Source: Stylophora pistillata (taxonomy: Eukaryota). Taken from it: a stretch of 61,989 bases of DNA. The stretch lies in the NCBI RefSeq assembly GCF_002571385.2, contig NW_019217962.1, positions 126,904 to 188,892 of the forward strand. Direction: 5' to 3'. Shown here one piece after another: positions 27,504 to 40,472 of the stretch. The notes under the pieces were generated by a model. The model did not search any database and was not told where the DNA came from. It was given only the letters and a program-made list of their open reading frames with translations. The position numbers were made by a program, and so were the translations under genes. The first letter of the stretch is position 1. Each line of letters starts with the position of its first letter.

Positions 27504-30500
27504 AGTGTAATTAGTTCCATTCTGCTATTTTTACAAGCTAGCTACTTATACGAATAAATGCTGATTTGTATTGTCTAATTATTCTTAAAAGGGAAACTAT
27601 TCTAAATTGGGTTCAACTAACGGAAATTGATTATACGCTGATGATTCCTTCAACGAGAGGGCCTAAGGCATAAAATGAAAGTTATATATTGATGATATAC
27701 CTATATACTATAACTTTATCTTCTTTGTAGTTAATATGAAGTCTAAGTATTATTCCAAACTGTTTTTACAGAGTAGTGCAAAAAAGTGGCAGGCTATCTT
27801 TAATGGATTATAATTCCTCTCAAGAGAAGGAGAAATTATCTTGGTGGCTTAGTGCTAAGATTCCATAAGCACTGCCAGTTATGGGCCACTCGGCTGGTAG
27901 ACTCCATCCTTGCTCCATTCAAAAATATTTATGAAACATTTCTTTCTTATTAGGATCACCAACTTAGGCGGAGAAAAGTAAAGAAAACGATTAGAAGAGC
28001 TCCTTGGATGTCAATATTACGATAAGGCTAGTCGCGGACAAATGAACAACTTCAGGATGATGGTGAGTTATCATGTGATGGATACTTTTGTTAGCTATGC
28101 TTATAGTAATAAAAAAATTGAAAAAAGGGTACTCTGAGAATTAAAGCCAAAAATATTTAAGGTTGCTCAAAAAAGCTGGTTCAGTTAATTTTTCAGATCA
28201 AACCGCATGCTTTAAAGGCAAAAAATGTGATAGCAACTTCAGAGTAATGTGCTGAATATTTCCAGCTTATACCTACAACAGAAGTGGGTAATGTTTATTT
28301 TATTTTCCAGAGGATTGCCTTCCAAAACTCGATATACCGGAATGCAGCAGTCTCCGTTGGGTTGCAATATTAGACTTTTTTCCCTATGTACATTGAAACT
28401 ATCGATTCTTTATTTTAAGCAGTTTGTGACTTTCAGTCCGTAATGAGCAAGGCATATAGATTCAATCGTCTCGAAAAAAAAAATAATGATATAAATAACA
28501 ATAACTACTTTGAAAACAATGTACGATCCAAATTTTTTCGTCGGTGATACTTGGATACTTGAGAGGTTTTGATGGTTGATTCCGTGAGTTTAAGGTTCAA
28601 TAATGACCGTAGTCTTGATAAATTGTCATTTTCTTAAGGTTAAATTACTCTCTTCACCGAATGTTTCTCAAAAATCGAGCGATAAGCAAATGTTGCGAGT
28701 CGGAGGTTTTTCTTTTCATTCCATATGTTAACAAGTGCAAGGTGATGATTTTCTCAGAAATTACTGTTCAAAATTATTGACGATGCATTCCTGAAATGCT
28801 AAATACTAGAAAAAGGGCTTGCAGTCGCGATTGTTAGCAAACTTTAAGCAACACTGATTTTTCAAAAAGTGTAAGGAAATTGTTAGGCCTGTAGCAAGTA
28901 ATATGTAAAGCTTTTTCGCGAAGACTTCATTCTTCCATGGATGAAAGTGATTCCTAAGATAGCTATGGTAAAGAAAAAAAACCCTGTCCCTTGTGTAATC
29001 GGAGTGAAGTGAAAAAAAAGAAGATTTTCGCACGATTAATAAGCAGTTATTCGCATCACAAAAGCAAGGTATAGGTTTTCATCGCTGCTCGGTACAGACA
29101 GATATAGGTATTTTCATTGTGGAACAAATTTTCTCTGAAACTTAAACCAAATTTCAAACCGATATCCCTCGGCACCTGGTCAAACCCCATGGGCAAAGTT
29201 GTTTCTCGCACCGATTCAAATATAATTAGCGCTTCTTCATCCACCTGCAAATTATTTGTCTCTTGTTCTCGGAGTACCTGAATAATATTTTGTGTATCAC
29301 TAAGCAGTCCAGAAGTCCTATATTTTGAGGCAAAGCTCATAAAAATTTGACTGCTGTTCGGTTTCCAAACCAGTTATTTGAGAAAGTTAAAACTTTATGA
29401 TTGAATTATTAAACAAAGCTAAGGGACATAAAAATCTCAGCTCTGTGTCATATCTAACCACCGAGATTCAAATCAAAAGTATCACGAACGGTCCATATAA
29501 CACAACAGTATGAAAACTATTTTTGTTTAGTGTCCATTGCGCCTAGGTGCTTGGCTAAATTTTAACTGTAAATGTCATTATTCGTTGGTTTTCTTTGTTA
29601 TATATAATTCTCGAAGTTTGTTAGTTAACGGTCGCTGCGTCACAGAATTTAATTTCTAACCGGACTTTTTCTTTATCCCTCTCGCAGGTTCTCGAACAGC
29701 AAATGGCTGTTCAAAATTTTATTTTTCTCGCCGAAAAACTTATTTGTAATACTGGGGTTTTTTAACACGCATGCTCAGTAACATCAGTTTGAAAATTGTT
29801 AAATTTTCCCGCCAAAAAACTTGGAAAATACGCATGCGCCGTGTTTATTTTTTCCAAGTGGTGATATCATTACTCCTTGTAATCAAATAAAAGATATTTA
29901 TTTTGGTTCTCTATCGTGTTTTTGTTCTGTAATAAATGCTCAATAAGAAAAACAGACTTTGTGATCTTTATTGTCTCATGTAAAGCAATGTACGACACTT
30001 GTTTTTCATTTCAATAACTTTTTATTCATCTTAAAATATTTTAATTAGTTAATTGAGTTTCCATCAGTTATTCTAAGACTTTTGGCGGGAAAACTTGGAC
30101 CAATTTGCACAGAGTTTCCCCTGACAACATTTTCGGCAAAATTTTGAAAAGGGTCCAACTGGAGATTTTCCGCCAGAGTTCATATGAACAACACCTCGTG
30201 CATTTTTTTTCCCGAGTTCAAATTGGTTTACTCTTCTAATTCTCAAAAAGTGTGTGTGAAAACTCAATTTTTCCTCCTGTTTTGGTTTTTTTACTTGCAC
30301 GAGATATTGTACGCAATACTTTTACAATAATAAGCAACATGGAAAGTTATGCTCAATCTTCTTTATAAAAATTTCATTTTAAAGCTTAAAGCACGCGATA
30401 GCAAATTTTTTTAACCCCAATCCAAATTTTAACACAAACTGTTGCATATATGTAGCAGAGGACACATAGGACCGAAATGTTAAATTGTAAGTTTTTTTCA

Positions 30501-31507
30501 GAGAAAGTATTGGCCTCTATCACGAAATATAGGTTAAGAATTTTTAATCGAGCAGTGATGTCTGAATTGGGAGAGATAGCCTTTCAAAATCGTTTCCTAG
30601 TGCCCCACTCTACCAATGGTTGCCTTGCAATTAAGCATTTTTCATGAAAACCTAAGTCAATCTTTTCAGAAAATTTTTTGTCACTAAAGTCAGTAATAAA
30701 AAGGTTTGGAGCAAAAATTTCTAGACTTGAGTTTGCTCGAGGGCTGAAGACTCTCAATTGATCTGTTTCATGTCATTTATTTCAATTGCTTTAATCAGCA
30801 AAAATCTTCTGTAACCGAAAATTCCAGAATTACAAAAAATTAGGCGTTCTTATTGTTCTCTAATACAACGAAAGCAAGCGGATGAGGACGTTCTCTCAAT
30901 ATAAAAAATAACGACTAGATAATGCCTGACTCTGAGTTTTAAGATTGCTATAATTTGCCATGTTGCATCTAAACAGGAACCTTTTAAATACTGTTTTCGT
31001 ACGTAACACAGGAAAAGATGAATCGAAAACGAAACAAATTATTGACATCGATAACGAAATCTATACAAAAGTTCTAGTTTTGGGGTATCTACCAGAATTT
31101 GGTTTAGCTAAGAAGCTAAGAAGTTTGTTTCACAAGCTCCATGTCTTTAATCCTGGGTTATCTAAATTGTGTTTTAGTATCTCATTATCATGTCCTAAGT
31201 TTCTTCAAATTGGTTGTAAATAAACTCGATGTAAAAATAATTTTTTGGAGCAATTAATTCCATCATTTGGTTTAGCTACAAGAGCTAAAACATCTCACAA
31301 TTGTATAGCTTGTTGCTCCATTATTTTGTTTGAATTAGCGCCGATTTCAGATTACTTTTTAACTGGCAATCCAACACTTCAAAAATTCATGGTTTTGACT
31401 TTTTTCGCACTGTCCTGTGTTAAAACGAAAGCAGTCAGAAAAAGGCGTTCTCTTATAATATTACCTCTAAATAAATAAATGAGTAATGTATCGTGAGAAT
31501 AAATTAA

Positions 31508-32797
31508 GGTGGCACTGCGTGACAACAACTTAGCCATAGGATAGTTTGAAGTAAAATATTTTTATATAAATTTGGTAACAAAGTTTTGTCATGAATGCGT
31601 TATCGAAACTGCTACCAAGGAAATTTCTGAATAAACCGTAAGCATTTCGAATTTTCAGGTTTGAAGATCTCTTAAGTAAACGAGTTAAATGAAATTAAGA
31701 AGAAACTTATCCTTGAGCAATAGGCGAACAAATTTCTGGATTTCAAAACAATTTTGCCCATTTTTCGATATTATTCCGAAGTAAGAACTACATTTGAGAA
31801 TTTTATAGACTCGTATCAATTATTTTGCAATTCTTCTTGAAAAAAATTTGACTTCCAAAACAAACGAAACAACGATAATCAACATGATCTCCTAATCAGC
31901 GCAACAATCCTCGGATTTAGAATTTAAACATTTTATGGTGCTAAGTAGATTCCAAAATTAGTGCCAAAAATGAATTTCCCCAGCCTTGGGTGGTGCGAAG
32001 CTTTTTTTGATTTCTCCAAATTCTCGGATGCAAATTTCACTCTTTTTTATGACTTTTTTTTTTAATTTTTTCTCTAGCCTTGAATATTGCGAGACTTTGA
32101 TTTTAATTGATAGTTTTCCCAAATTCAAAAAAAAAACAAAAATCCAAATTTAAGACCAGAGATCTAAGATCCTCCCCCATTAAAAAGGAAAAATTATACT
32201 CCTAATAAGTTTTAAACCTAAAATTCTTCAATAGCATTTCCTCAGATCGATGTTAACATCGCAAAAATCTGATTTCTGTTTTCCAAAATTCTTAGATAAA
32301 TTCAAATTTAATTTCAAGTACCAAACTTTAAGTTAAATCTCTTCAGCCGTGGAGAGCGAAAAACTCTGATTTTTTTCTTCAAGGTTAATTTGAAACTTTT
32401 TATGATAAATTTCATAAACTGAGAACAGTCCAAATTCAAAATTCTTCGACTGTAGATCGACTATTCGTTCGCGCCTCTGTATGTTGATAAATTACGCAAA
32501 TTTGCTTGCCTTTTCTTTCCGGGGAATCTGAATCTTTTCTTTTAATTTTATAATGCGTCGTTGTTTCCGAGACAATGATAGTGAATTAACATGAAGGAAA
32601 AGCTTGCAATAATTCTAATTAAACGATTTAAATTGTTTTGAAAAAGCCTTTAGTTTCTTAAGCTATACGGCATAAATCGAGGGCAAATCAAACGGTTTTA
32701 CGAGGAAATCCAAATCAAAAGTACAAGTAATTAATTTAAAAGGGTACGAGCTTTCGGCTTTGTCTTCTCGAATTCGGACTTGTCTCACAGTGCCACA
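31508..32797. mobile_element. Non-autonomous Kolobok-like DNA transposon (TTAA TSD)
   Basis: ttaa-GGTGGCACTGCGTGACAA...TTGTCTCACAGTGCCACA-ttaa: imperfect TIRs with TTAA on both sides. Confidence 0.5.
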
Positions 32798-35700
32798 TTA
32801 AAAGATATCTCCTCCGTAGTAATTGAAGTGGTGTGGGTGTTGTGACAAAACATGTGCTTACTGAGACGACGAGCGATCAGGAGCAGAAAATGAAAATACC
32901 GCGCGAGTTTTTATTTATACTGTTCTTACGAGCGTTTTACTTGCCAAATTTAATAGCATGATAACCATGGTGTTAACTTGTTTTCGAATTTGACTAAATT
33001 ATTCAAAAACTCGGTATGGATGACCCGATCGCTCAGCGTCTACAATCCTACTTACGTCAGTCGTGTATGTTTGTGGGCTATTTCCAAAAACGATGGCTGG
33101 CATCAAATGCTTTAAGAGCTACGTTTCAATCATTCATTGTCTCTCAGTCTTTTCTTTTTGGTGGGAAATCAATAGAAACAAACAATTCGAATAAATAAAG
33201 CCAAAATCACAAGATCCTGTTGGAATTTAGATCACTTTACAGCCAGCATTTTTATGAATTTGTTACTGAAAAGAGTCGAAAGTTCTTATCTTTGACGACC
33301 AATGTTTTCATTCTTCACTGATTCTAGTTTCTTCCCCTGACCATGTAGTCTCGTCCTTCCTTTTTCTTCATAACGGTAACGTCCCTATAAATTAAAGAGA
33401 ATAATCCAAAGATCAGTAACTGAATACATTCCAAAGCCAAACTTAGAGTTAAATATAATGATTACATTCTGTATAACGAGCGCTCTTTCAATGACGCCCT
33501 TTGGTTCACCCTACGCAAGACTGGACTCTAACGAATATTTTCCTTATAACCAGAGTTTATAATTCTACGCTTAATAGTGCAGTGTTTGTTCTTGTAGGAT
33601 ATAAACGAATGAGTGAAGTTGATCAGGAACGTAAAAGAATTTCAGAACAATACACTTTATGGAATCTGACCAAGAAAGTTGGTGCAACGTGTTCGGTTTT
33701 AGGTTGCGAACTGAGTTCAGAACATTTCGCTGTTCAGTTTTTCGACGCAAGTGTAACACTTAATGTAGATCATTTTGCCTAACAAGTGTATTCTCGAGGT
33801 TAAACTACCGGTGAATTTTGTTTAAACAATGAACCGACCGAAGCTCGGAACGAACATGCACACATTAACTCTAAATCGAAGGAATTCTTTGCCTTACTCC
33901 TTATACTTAGGTATAACGTTACAGTTCTGGACAAACTAAAGACCAAATTTATCGTAAATGATGCCTACCTTTGATATTAGCTCATGGCTTCAAGTCTCAT
34001 TCCATAAATCCATCTTTTTGATGAAGAGTACATCCAAATGTTCAGTAGCAGAAACCTACGTCCCCACACATCGACGACTAGCGTGGTTTAGTGTGATTTC
34101 TTAAATTTGCATACACGTGCTTCAGCAGCAACAGCCAATCACTTAAATTTACGTCACATAATTAATTCCCGCGCTTTTAAAGGTAGCCAATTACAAGTCA
34201 AAGAGAAGAATGGTGTTGGACGCGTTAATTTGCTTTTAGAATGAAATAGTGTGTATGACTTTTAATGGCAGACATGGCCGCCTAAGTGTGAATGTCTGAA
34301 ACAAAATAAAACAGATGGAATACATTTAGAAAGACTGTAGAGTAAAAAAGCAACTATTGAACTTTGGGCAGCTAGAATACGGTATCTGTTGGAACAGATT
34401 AAGAAAAGAAAAACATATAAACAATAAAGAAAAGAAAAAAGACGCTGACTTAATCTCCTTGGACTCGAACTAGACACCTTGGCTTTAACAAGCAAATGTT
34501 GTCTATCTAATCAAGCTACGAGAGCATTTATTAGCGTACAAGCCTCATTTTTAGAAGGTATGGTAAAGTTGGTTTCATGAGCATTTAGTGGCGTGCGTTG
34601 GAGAATAACAAATTATCTCAGCTTATAGATCAAATTATCTGATCAAAATTTCGTTAAATTTGGATTAAAAGAGTAATGATTCATGAATCACAAGACCTTC
34701 TGTGAGATGCAGACTCCCTTTTGTTTTTTTTTGTATTTAACTCAGTAACATCAGCTTGGAATATGTATAATTTGTATTTGAACCGATTTTTCTCTTAAAA
34801 GGTCGACGCAGTTAAGATTATATTCTTTTTCTGACATGGTACTGTTATGCTTGGATAATAAACGCATTGCAGACCCTAGGATAAATATGAACACAAAGAA
34901 ATCATATATATAGATGAAAGAGATAAACATGCACTGTAACTTTATTTTTTTGAATTATAGGCATGGTTTTCGAGTGCATATTGACAACTCAATCACCTAA
35001 AATGGAAATAATACTGTTACATATCAAATGAATGGTCACCAGAAGATATACAAGTCTCTAGAACGTCTAGCAAAGACCGAGTGAAGTTAACAGTTTGCAG
35101 GTCCAATCAGCCCTAGTGTAGAAATCTTGAGAGGCATCTGCGTTATTTATGATTTTTAAAGGATAAAAGCTTAAGAAAAACCTTAATTTTTCAATAATGT
35201 ACAATGATGGTAAAAAACTATATAAAAATGGCATAATTGTAAAGGTGAGAACAGCTTTTGTTGATTCTGAAGTGTTATTGGGAATAAAGTTACATCGAAG
35301 TGTTGTTGTAAAAAGTGGTGACCAAACCTTGTGGATAGCGTTTCGAAAAACAGATTCAATATAATATCATATTGGAAAATTTTTCGTACATCAATGGCCT
35401 TTTTTTGATGGTAATTTGGCGATCCGGAATTTCTGAAAGTGGTTTGACCTAAACTTCAATTAAGCCCTGGTAAGTGAATATCACTTCCATATGTCAAGAA
35501 CATAAATGATACGATTTCTGACCAAATGATTAGGTAAATTTCTACGCAAGACTATCTTATTTGGGCAAATAAAAAGTAAAATTTTAGGTTTACATATTTC
35601 AATATCTTAAATGATTTATCTACCCTAGTAGAGAAATGAAGGATAAAGGATAACAGGATACCTTTAAAAACGTGGACCTGATTCAATTTGTTTACATTTT

Positions 35701-36459
35701 AATTCATAACACCAAAAACTTCTTAATTTGTAATGAAAATATCTCTTTTTTTTATAAATCGCAAGCTTTTAACATTTGCAAGCTACATATATAGTTGGTC
35801 ACCGCTAGTAACATTCTATTATTTAAAAAATCCTATACAGTTGAAAAGTAACGTTTTTCCTTAAACAGAGCAGTTACACCCGTACGCTGTCGCACCCAAC
35901 AAAAAATGGCGTGTGAAGATCACTCTTTGAATTAGGTGTGCTGTATTTGCACGAAGTTCTATTTGGAAGGAGGTGTGGATGTTAAAACAGTTGGAGATAT
36001 TTGCTTATTCGCTTCATAAGAATACCTCAGCGACGTTTTCAAGTTGCTGCTGCTACCTTTTCAAAAACAATACGAGCTTCTCACTTTCTGCTTAATCGTA
36101 TGTATGGCTTATTCCGACCCAAAACTCCCTTAACATATCGTGTTACCATTTATGTTACTCTTGCTATTTAAAGCTGAATTCAATACAAGGCAACAGAAGT
36201 CCTATGAACAGTTATCCTTTCAAGTCTCTAAACACGATTCGTTTTTAGTCAAAGAGTTTTATCCTTGAGCTTATCTAGCGATCGACGTTCTACATCTTAC
36301 ACGGATACGTCAATTAAACACGTCTATGCCACGCGTCACTCAGGGTCTCCATGTAAATCGATTCAAAGTCAGTACTCTTCAGTACTCTCACCTGCTTAAT
36401 AATGATCTGAATAAAATTGAGATATCCAAGGGTAAACATCAGTCTCTTAACCAAGTTTT

Positions 36460-39400
36460 TCAGTCATTATAAGCTCCATCATCTAAAAGAGGGAGTGTCA
36501 AATCATCTTCATCAGTCGCCCTTAAGTGGACTCGCATGGTGGCATTCTCCGCTGCATGCGATCGGCCAAGAAGAACAATCATTGACATCACCATGCCAAA
36601 GACAAGAACCACGTTCACCACTACGATCATCCAAACAATGGGTGTGGATGAGGCGGGGTTCCGAGCTGCATACCTTACGTTCATGAAAGAGAAATGAAGG
36701 GTCAGAAGAACCAAAGCCTCTGCTGTATTTTCTAATGGAAACTTTTGGTAAGAATCAATATATGGTTTAAAGAGCAACTGAAAGCAAAGGGAAACCAGCA
36801 AAACAAAGCAAACAGCTATTGTCTGAAAGGACGATGAACGAGTAATGAGGGACAACGCGAAAGCGATCAGCATCCGCCTTAGAAGAAAGATGATCTCAAA
36901 ACAGGAACGGAATTCTTTCTTGTATGGCAAGTAGATGGAACCGAGCCAACTGTCCAAACTTTCTTGGTCTTGCTGGGGCAGCTCGTATCTTATGGCGACC
37001 TTATTGTTTCGTAAAAGAGGAAGGAAAACTCCAAACGGCACACCCATCGCATAAAGTCCTAGCGAAAGCCAGCCTAGCACCTGTAGCATGGTGTAGACAG
37101 GACCTTCACACTCCATCCATGGTGCTTCCCTCAGGTAATGGTAGTTGTTGTCCTTTGCACAAGGAGCTAAGACTGAGGCGGTTTTCTTTACAATGGGAAA
37201 ATATGTGACATTGAGGGACACAATGGAAAGTTGCAAACAGGTATTTCGTAGTCGTAGTCGTCTTTCTTGCAAATTGTGAACGTTAAGAATACCACCCATG
37301 AGGCAAACAAGACCAAAGTACGACCAAATGCAGAGGATGCAAATAACAGGTAGGAGAATAAGAGATCCAAGTTCACCGAGTGGAGTAAACAAGTTAGGAA
37401 ACTCACAAGCCAGGCCAGAGAAATGAAAGTTAAACACGTTGCTGATGTATCGTTGAATTTTAAGAACTCGAGGTGGCCAAATGTTGGTGCAGGAGATCAA
37501 AGCGTCCAGAGTTTGAAAATAATAAACACTGATCTTCATAATTCCTCGTGCAGCCCTTCCTCTTTCAGCTAAACCTATAAAGAGGGCTATTGCATTGAGT
37601 TCAAGTAGCCATGCAGGAATTATGTGGAAAACGGCTAGTAATGCTAAGATTATTATTTGAGTAAAAACTAAAACTGTAGAGAAAAAGCGCTTTTCCTCGT
37701 AAAGGCAAAAGCCGAGAGTCATCAAAATGATAGTCAGGACAGCAAGTGCAGCCAGGATGAAGACACTAGTATTACTTTGAGGACAAGCATGGCAAATGAT
37801 TCCTTGTTTGTAAAATCCATGTTCACAAAGTGAACAAAATCGATCTTTACTCCCTGTCAGGCAGAGGCACGATTTGTTGCAAATGGTGGAGGGACTGCGG
37901 TCTGTGTCAATCCAGCAGCGACAATTACCTGATGGATTGCAGGGTGTTCTCACGTGAGGGCTGGTGCCCAAAGCTTGTGAACAGCTAACCAGATGAGTCA
38001 CGTTCTGATCACGTGATGAAGGCCAATGTCCTCTTTTGATTGTCATATTCTGAGAAGGAGGTTTCTCATCCTTACAAGTTCCACCTTCCATGCAGGGTAG
38101 ACAGGTTTTCCCAGAGCCATAATATCCTCTATCGCAAATGCAAAGACGGTAAAAATAATAGCTGGGATCCAAAATCACCAGTGTGTTGTCATTAAGGCCG
38201 ATATTTGGACATTTAAACTTGTCAATTGGGTTCCTGTACGTCAAAGTTACAAAATCAACCTTCATATACTTTGGCAATATTCCATGTTCTTCTTCGTTAT
38301 TATGCATTGAAGGATTTTTGGAAACGTCTAAGAGTTTCAAGGAAGGTAAGTCTGCATAATTTCCAGGGATTTGTCCAGAAAGGTTGTTCGCTGAAACATC
38401 AAGATCATGGAGGAAGTACAAGATATGAAAGGCCCACGGAAGCTCTCCTTTTAGGCTGTTCTTCTTTAAATCCACGGAAATCAAATTCTCAAATATCCAC
38501 AGTTCAGTTGGAATGATGCCATAAAAATTACACTCACCTATGTTCAGAATACGTAGAGATTTTCTTGATGATTCTAGTGCGACTAGCAAGGAATTAAAAC
38601 TGTGGGTGAGATTCTTATTACCAGCAAGGATTAGTACCTCCAGATCATTAAACTTGATCCCTTCCTCAAACGATGTTAATTGATTTCCACTTAAGTCGAC
38701 AATATCACGAGAGGAAACTGAGCCGATATTTCTGGGTATTTTTCCAGAAAAATTGTTTCTGGCAAAATTCAAATATCGTAAGTGAGTCATGTTACCCAAA
38801 GTTGGCGGAATGTTTCCAGTGAAACGATTTCCTGGCAAGAGACACTCAACCATGGCAGGATAATAAAGTCCAAAATCGTCGGGCAAAGTTCCGTTTAATC
38901 CAGCCCGTGACAGGTGCATATATCGTAGAGACGACAGATTGAAAAGGTTCGCAAAGCCTCCACTTAGGGATTTTGCACTTTTAAGATCCAAAAACCAAAG
39001 TTTTTTCAATTTTGAAATGCTCTTCGGTATTGAACCTGTCAATCTGCTTCCCCCGAGACCGAGAACTTGTAATTGCGTCAAGTTCCCAATGTCTTTTGGA
39101 ATTTCACCAAAAAAGCCATCCCTCAACTGACAGCAAAGCTGGACTATTTCCAGTGACTTCATCGATGGTAAAATTTCATCAGGAATCTTACCAGATAACT
39201 TGTTAAAAGGGAGATGAAGAGTGCGTAAATTGGTCATGTTGGCAGACAAAATTTCATTGAGATTGCCTGATAACTCAGCATTGGTGCCAATGCACAAAAT
39301 CTGTAGATTACGAAGCTTCCACAGGCTTTTCGGAAGGGTTCCATTTAAGTTGTTGTTTATCAAAGTGATACTAATAACATGGCTATTGGTGATATCGCAT

Positions 39401-40472
39401 TTTATTCCGTGCCAAGAACAGTGTGGTACTGAGTCGTTTCCCCAGTGAGTGTTGTTATTCCACTTGTGACCAGCTGTTAGATTATAAATCTCCATAAGCA
39501 CATTTCGTTCTTGCTGGGGTGAAAATGATCTGTATAATGTGATATTGGGTATCAAAATCTCACTTGTACATCTGTAGGCAATAGCCTTATCGATATTCGT
39601 TGGTCTAAGTTTTTCTGGCACAACTGAAAAACAAATCAAATGAGTTATTGACGGGTTTTAGTTTGACCTGCTTAAAGCGGCCTTCTAAGAATCAAAATAC
39701 TTAAAAAATGAAAGTGTCGGATGTGAGATTGCATATAAACTCAACCAAAGGTTTAATGACTGTGAATTAATATGTGGGTCTGAAAATACGTATTTATAAG
39801 ATGAAACTTGTCCGATATAACTAATCTAGCGATGGGATCATATTAAAATTCATCGAAACGCTCCACTGTCAAGAAATACAACTATTCTTCATATATGGAG
39901 ATGAGATTTGCATATCAAAACTGTTTCTTGATTTGCTCAAAGTCTTTATATTTTCGCTTTCATTCCGGAAACCAAAATGAAATGAATTACCGACAAGGCG
40001 AAAAGATTTTATGCTCCGCATGGCAGATAATACCATCAGAAGTTAATTTTTTCCATGAAATTTCCAAGAGCAAAAGAAACGGATTTACAAATATTATGAT
40101 GTCGATATTTCAGCGTTAAGTGATTTTGATTGATATATTTTGCTCTTGTGCAGTTTTCGTTTTGGCCAGAATAAATTCAGCGGTGTAAGTGTACATTCCA
40201 GCTAGGCAGTTGAAGGAAGCGATTCAAAAAGAATTCAAAAGCTCTTCAGAGAAACCTAAATACGAACTAATGTAAACCGTACAAGCACACTCACCTCTAC
40301 TTTCTCTGTCCTCTTCACAGAACGAGTCATCTCGATAAGAAATATACTTTCCCCATTTAAATTCGTCTGGTTCCAGAAGCTGGTATCCTTTACAATTAAC
40401 ATATAAACTGATAAGGATGAATTCTGTCATGATAGCCCACCGAAAACAGCACCTCAGCGAGGATTTCAGCAT
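36460..40472 (-). CDS. LRR receptor 1: signal peptide, plant-type LRR ectodomain, Cys-rich region, ~10-TM domain; 2 exons, ~1113 aa
   Basis: Exon 1 is 40295-40472 (MLKSSLRCCFRWAIMTEFILISLYVNCKG...ESR, phase-1 donor G|gtgagt). Exon 2 is 36460-39623, after the acceptor tgtttttcag. It has the cap motif WGNDSVPHCSWHGIKCD, repeats of LxxLxLxxNxLxGxIP, a Cys-rich stalk and many hydrophobic segments. Confidence 0.88.

Noticed and set aside
35040-35460. Possible HECT-domain remnant
   Set aside because: Only vague similarity (RVKLTVCR, IGKFFVH) with multiple stops; it cannot be supported without a profile search.
36460-39639. LRR receptor-like kinase, or plant/algal contaminant contig
   Set aside because: There are no kinase motifs. 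The genes are embedded among animal-type genes and repeats and share a duplication with ERI1.
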